A DNA stretch of 9,727 nucleotides from an uncultured archaeon. GTDB taxonomy: Archaea; Asgardarchaeota; Jordiarchaeia; Jordiarchaeales; Jordiarchaeaceae. The stretch spans positions 1 through 9,727 of the forward strand of contig CAZECW010000012.1 in the NCBI GenBank assembly GCA_964510585.1, read 5' to 3'. Position numbers and translations under genes: made by a program. Positions 8,539 through 9,727 of the stretch are shown in pieces (position 1 is the first letter of the stretch; the number at the start of each line of letters is the position of its first letter). The notes under the pieces were generated by a model. That model saw only the letters and a list, made by a program, of their open reading frames with translations. It made no database searches and was not told the origin of the DNA.

Positions 8539-8685
8539 TCCTCCTACTTTTCAATTAATTGATATGTCATCTCTTCTTATTTTAAAAGTTTATGAAATCT
8601 CCCTGCGGAATACTTGGATTCACCATAAGCCTCTGCTTACAGTTTTTTACCAATTTTCCCCTTTCTTGAAGGAGTTTACAAAACC

Positions 8686-8730
8686 TTGGCGAGAAAGCCC
8701 CCGACTTAAGTCGTGGGGATGAATCGCCAA
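8686..8730 (+). repeat. Left-end imperfect palindrome of the IS200/IS605 element
   Basis: TTGGCGA (8686-8692) and TCGCCAA (8724-8730) close an outer stem around the 8-bp inner hairpin at 8698-8718. Confidence 0.85.
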
Positions 8731-8760
8731 AAAGCTTATTTGAAAGTAGAGTATATAAAT
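8729..8760 (+). promoter_or_regulatory. Element-internal archaeal promoter
   Basis: AAAAAGCTTATTTG (8729-8742) and GAAAGTAGAG-TATATAAA (TATA at 8752-8759) are both BRE/TATA-like. They point into the structured segment, with an expected TSS at about 8765-8785. Confidence 0.6.
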
Positions 8761-8789
8761 AGTTGTTGGTAGCTGAAGGGTTTGGCTTG

Positions 8790-8975
8790 GGCTTAAGGGG
8801 CTAAACAAGACGCAGCCCCCATGAGGGTGCCAACATAGACGCCGTTCCCCTTGAGGGAAGGGCGTGTTAACCGGGTGATGGCACACCCGTTGCCTCGAAG
8901 GCTCCCGACGAGCCAGAAGCAAGAATCTCCCGACTTTAGTCGCGGAGAGTGTCAAATGGATCAGGGTTACACAGT
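8790..8975 (+). ncRNA. Putative stand-alone TnpB omega-RNA (reRNA/sotRNA): scaffold to 8955, guide from 8956 onward
   Basis: Consecutive hairpins at 8797-8819, 8839-8865, 8872-8889, 8900-8914 and 8926-8948. The loop/stem sequence TGGCAC (8879-8884) can pair with GTGTCA (8949-8954) next to the right end, giving a pseudoknot-like contact. The segment also reads as a TnpB-type C-terminal tail (MAHP...QESPDFSRGECQ). The 5' and 3' limits are estimates. Confidence 0.65.
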
Positions 8976-9228
8976 TTTCAGGTGGAGACCGGCCGAATCC
9001 AAGTTACTTTCTGCCCTGAAAAGTTTCAGGGTAGAGTGGGGTGAAAAGGAGCTAATCTATGAGGAGGGATGTATCTCTCTCACAACACAGAGCTTGGAGG
9101 AGTCACTCAGTATAGCGGAAAAAGTGGCGGAGATCGTCGGACTACGGATACCCCAGACACCTGTACCCCGACAATTGGAAATATACAAGTGGAGAGACAT
9201 AGAGGGTCAGGAGGTAATCATCAAGTGA
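8956..9228 (+). CDS. Hypothetical protein (90 aa); host gene at the insertion site
   Basis: MDQGYTVFRWRPAESK...EGQEVIIK. The ATG directly abuts the element's TCAA end. The original SD (GAAGGAG, 8668-8674) lies on the other side of the insertion. The stop overlaps the next start (GTGA). Confidence 0.75.
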   Translation: MDQGYTVFRWRPAESKLLSALKSFRVEWGEKELIYEEGCISLTTQSLEESLSIAEKVAEIVGLRIPQTPVPRQLEIYKWRDIEGQEVIIK

Positions 9229-9437
9229 CTAAACCATTTGTGAAGGACGCTGTTGGTCGCTTCAGAAATCTTTTAATACACTCAACAAGAGAATATGAAC
9301 CCTCACCCGAACACGTATTGAAAAGACTTCTTATACCCTTATGCTGAGATTTAAACTACATTATTGAGAGGGGTACAGTTAGGGACGCTAAAGAAACATT
9401 AACACTCTTTCAGAAAGAGTGTGAGAGAATAGAATAA
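9225..9437 (+). pseudogene. Hypothetical 70-codon gene interrupted by one in-frame TGA (9345-9347)
   Basis: GTG overlaps the upstream stop. The frame reads MTKPFVKDAVGRFRNLLIHSTREYEPSPEHVLKRLLIPLC*DLNYIIERGTVRDAKETLTLFQKECERIE-TAA, continuing for 29 helical-looking codons past the TGA. Confidence 0.6.
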
Positions 9438-9553
9438 TAGAAGGTTTATGTATTTGTATTCCGCACTTTTTGGTGTGTTGGGAAATTTAAATTAGGTGGG
9501 AGATTAAAAGTATGGTTGGTGATTGGTGAAGTTTGAAGGGTTGGTGATTGTTG

Positions 9554-9727
9554 TTGGATTTTTTGATTGCTCATGTTTCTGATTTTCATGTGGGTTCAGG
9601 CGAGTTTATGCCTGAAAAGCTTGAAACATGTATCGATGAGGTTAACAGTTTATCTCCGGATCTGGTTGCTTTAACCGGTGACCTTACTAATTCCGGCTTT
9701 GAGAGAGAATATAGGCAAGCCAAGAAC
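9554..9727 (+). CDS. Calcineurin-like metallophosphoesterase (CpdA/Icc-like), 5' part only
   Basis: Not in the ORF track. Reads MDFLIAHVSDFHVGSGEFMPEKLETCIDEVNSLSPDLVALTGDLTNSGFEREYRQAKN, with motifs DxH (SDFH) and GDL (TGDLT). TTG start follows a GGTGA RBS. Runs off the window. Confidence 0.9.
   Translation, partial: MDFLIAHVSDFHVGSGEFMPEKLETCIDEVNSLSPDLVALTGDLTNSGFEREYRQAKN

Larger units (their letters stand above)
8680..8955 (+). mobile_element. Non-autonomous IS200/IS605-family element (MITE/PATE-like, 276 bp), lacking tnpA and tnpB
   Basis: Left end: target TTAC (8676-8679), guide AAAG (8694-8697), then hairpin CCCC-CGAC-TTAA-GTCG-T-GGGG with a bulged T. Right end: guide GAAT (8923-8926), hairpin CTCC-CGAC-TTTA-GTCG-C-GGAG, ending in TCAA (8952-8955). 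The AAAG/TTAC and GAAT/TCAA pairs and their spacing match the IS608 recognition rules. Removing the element restores SD + ATG. Confidence 0.88.

Noticed and set aside
8680-8955. Self-splicing IStron (group I intron-IS chimera) that would restore SD-ATG at RNA level
   Set aside because: The element is only 276 bp and has no recognisable group I core. The upstream flank ends in C rather than U, and the element ends in A rather than the omega-G.
8647-8955. 102-aa minus-strand ORF
   Set aside because: It is antisense to the IS element, which is GC-rich and hairpin-rich, so stops are scarce. It has no protein features.
8956-8975. A second target for the predicted guide inside this window
   Set aside because: By eye I found no other match to ATGGATCAGGGTTAC next to TTAC on either strand. 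A genome-wide search is still needed.
9069-9224. N-terminal 52 codons of track ORF 9069..9347
   Set aside because: They overlap the 8956-9228 gene in another frame. The GTGA-coupled start at 9225 is more plausible.
9438-9550. SECIS element for the TGA at 9345
   Set aside because: The region is G/T-rich with no stable long hairpin that I can identify.
9514-9550. 12-bp direct repeat GGTTGGTGATTG (9514-9525, 9539-9550)
   Set aside because: Only two low-complexity copies, each containing the GGTGA RBS motif. It is not a CRISPR array and is probably a local duplication of the leader.
1-9727. CRISPR array, tRNA or rRNA genes
   Set aside because: No regularly spaced repeats, cloverleaf or rRNA-like sequence seen.

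Overview
Probably archaeal, from TATA/BRE-type promoters, GGAGG/GGTGA ribosome-binding sites, GTG/TTG starts and gene content; the lineage cannot be fixed from sequence alone. From left to right: a frameshifted gene at the left edge, a UPF0175 antitoxin with a decayed DUF3368/PIN toxin, an SPL-family radical SAM gene, a geranylgeranyl-reductase-family flavoprotein, an intact AbrB-VapC toxin-antitoxin pair, a PaaK-family CoA ligase, an Ltp3-like thiolase-fold enzyme, a small membrane protein, and an operon of two small unknown genes plus a metallophosphoesterase. The most notable element is a 276-bp protein-less IS200/IS605 derivative (8680-8955). It keeps both end hairpins with IS608-type guide/cleavage tetranucleotides (AAAG/TTAC, GAAT/TCAA), an internal archaeal promoter and a structured TnpB omega-RNA-like scaffold. 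It sits exactly between the Shine-Dalgarno sequence and the ATG of a host gene. The predicted RNA guide is therefore the first codons of that gene, and the predicted target is the empty allele. All family assignments rest on motif recognition; no database searches were run.
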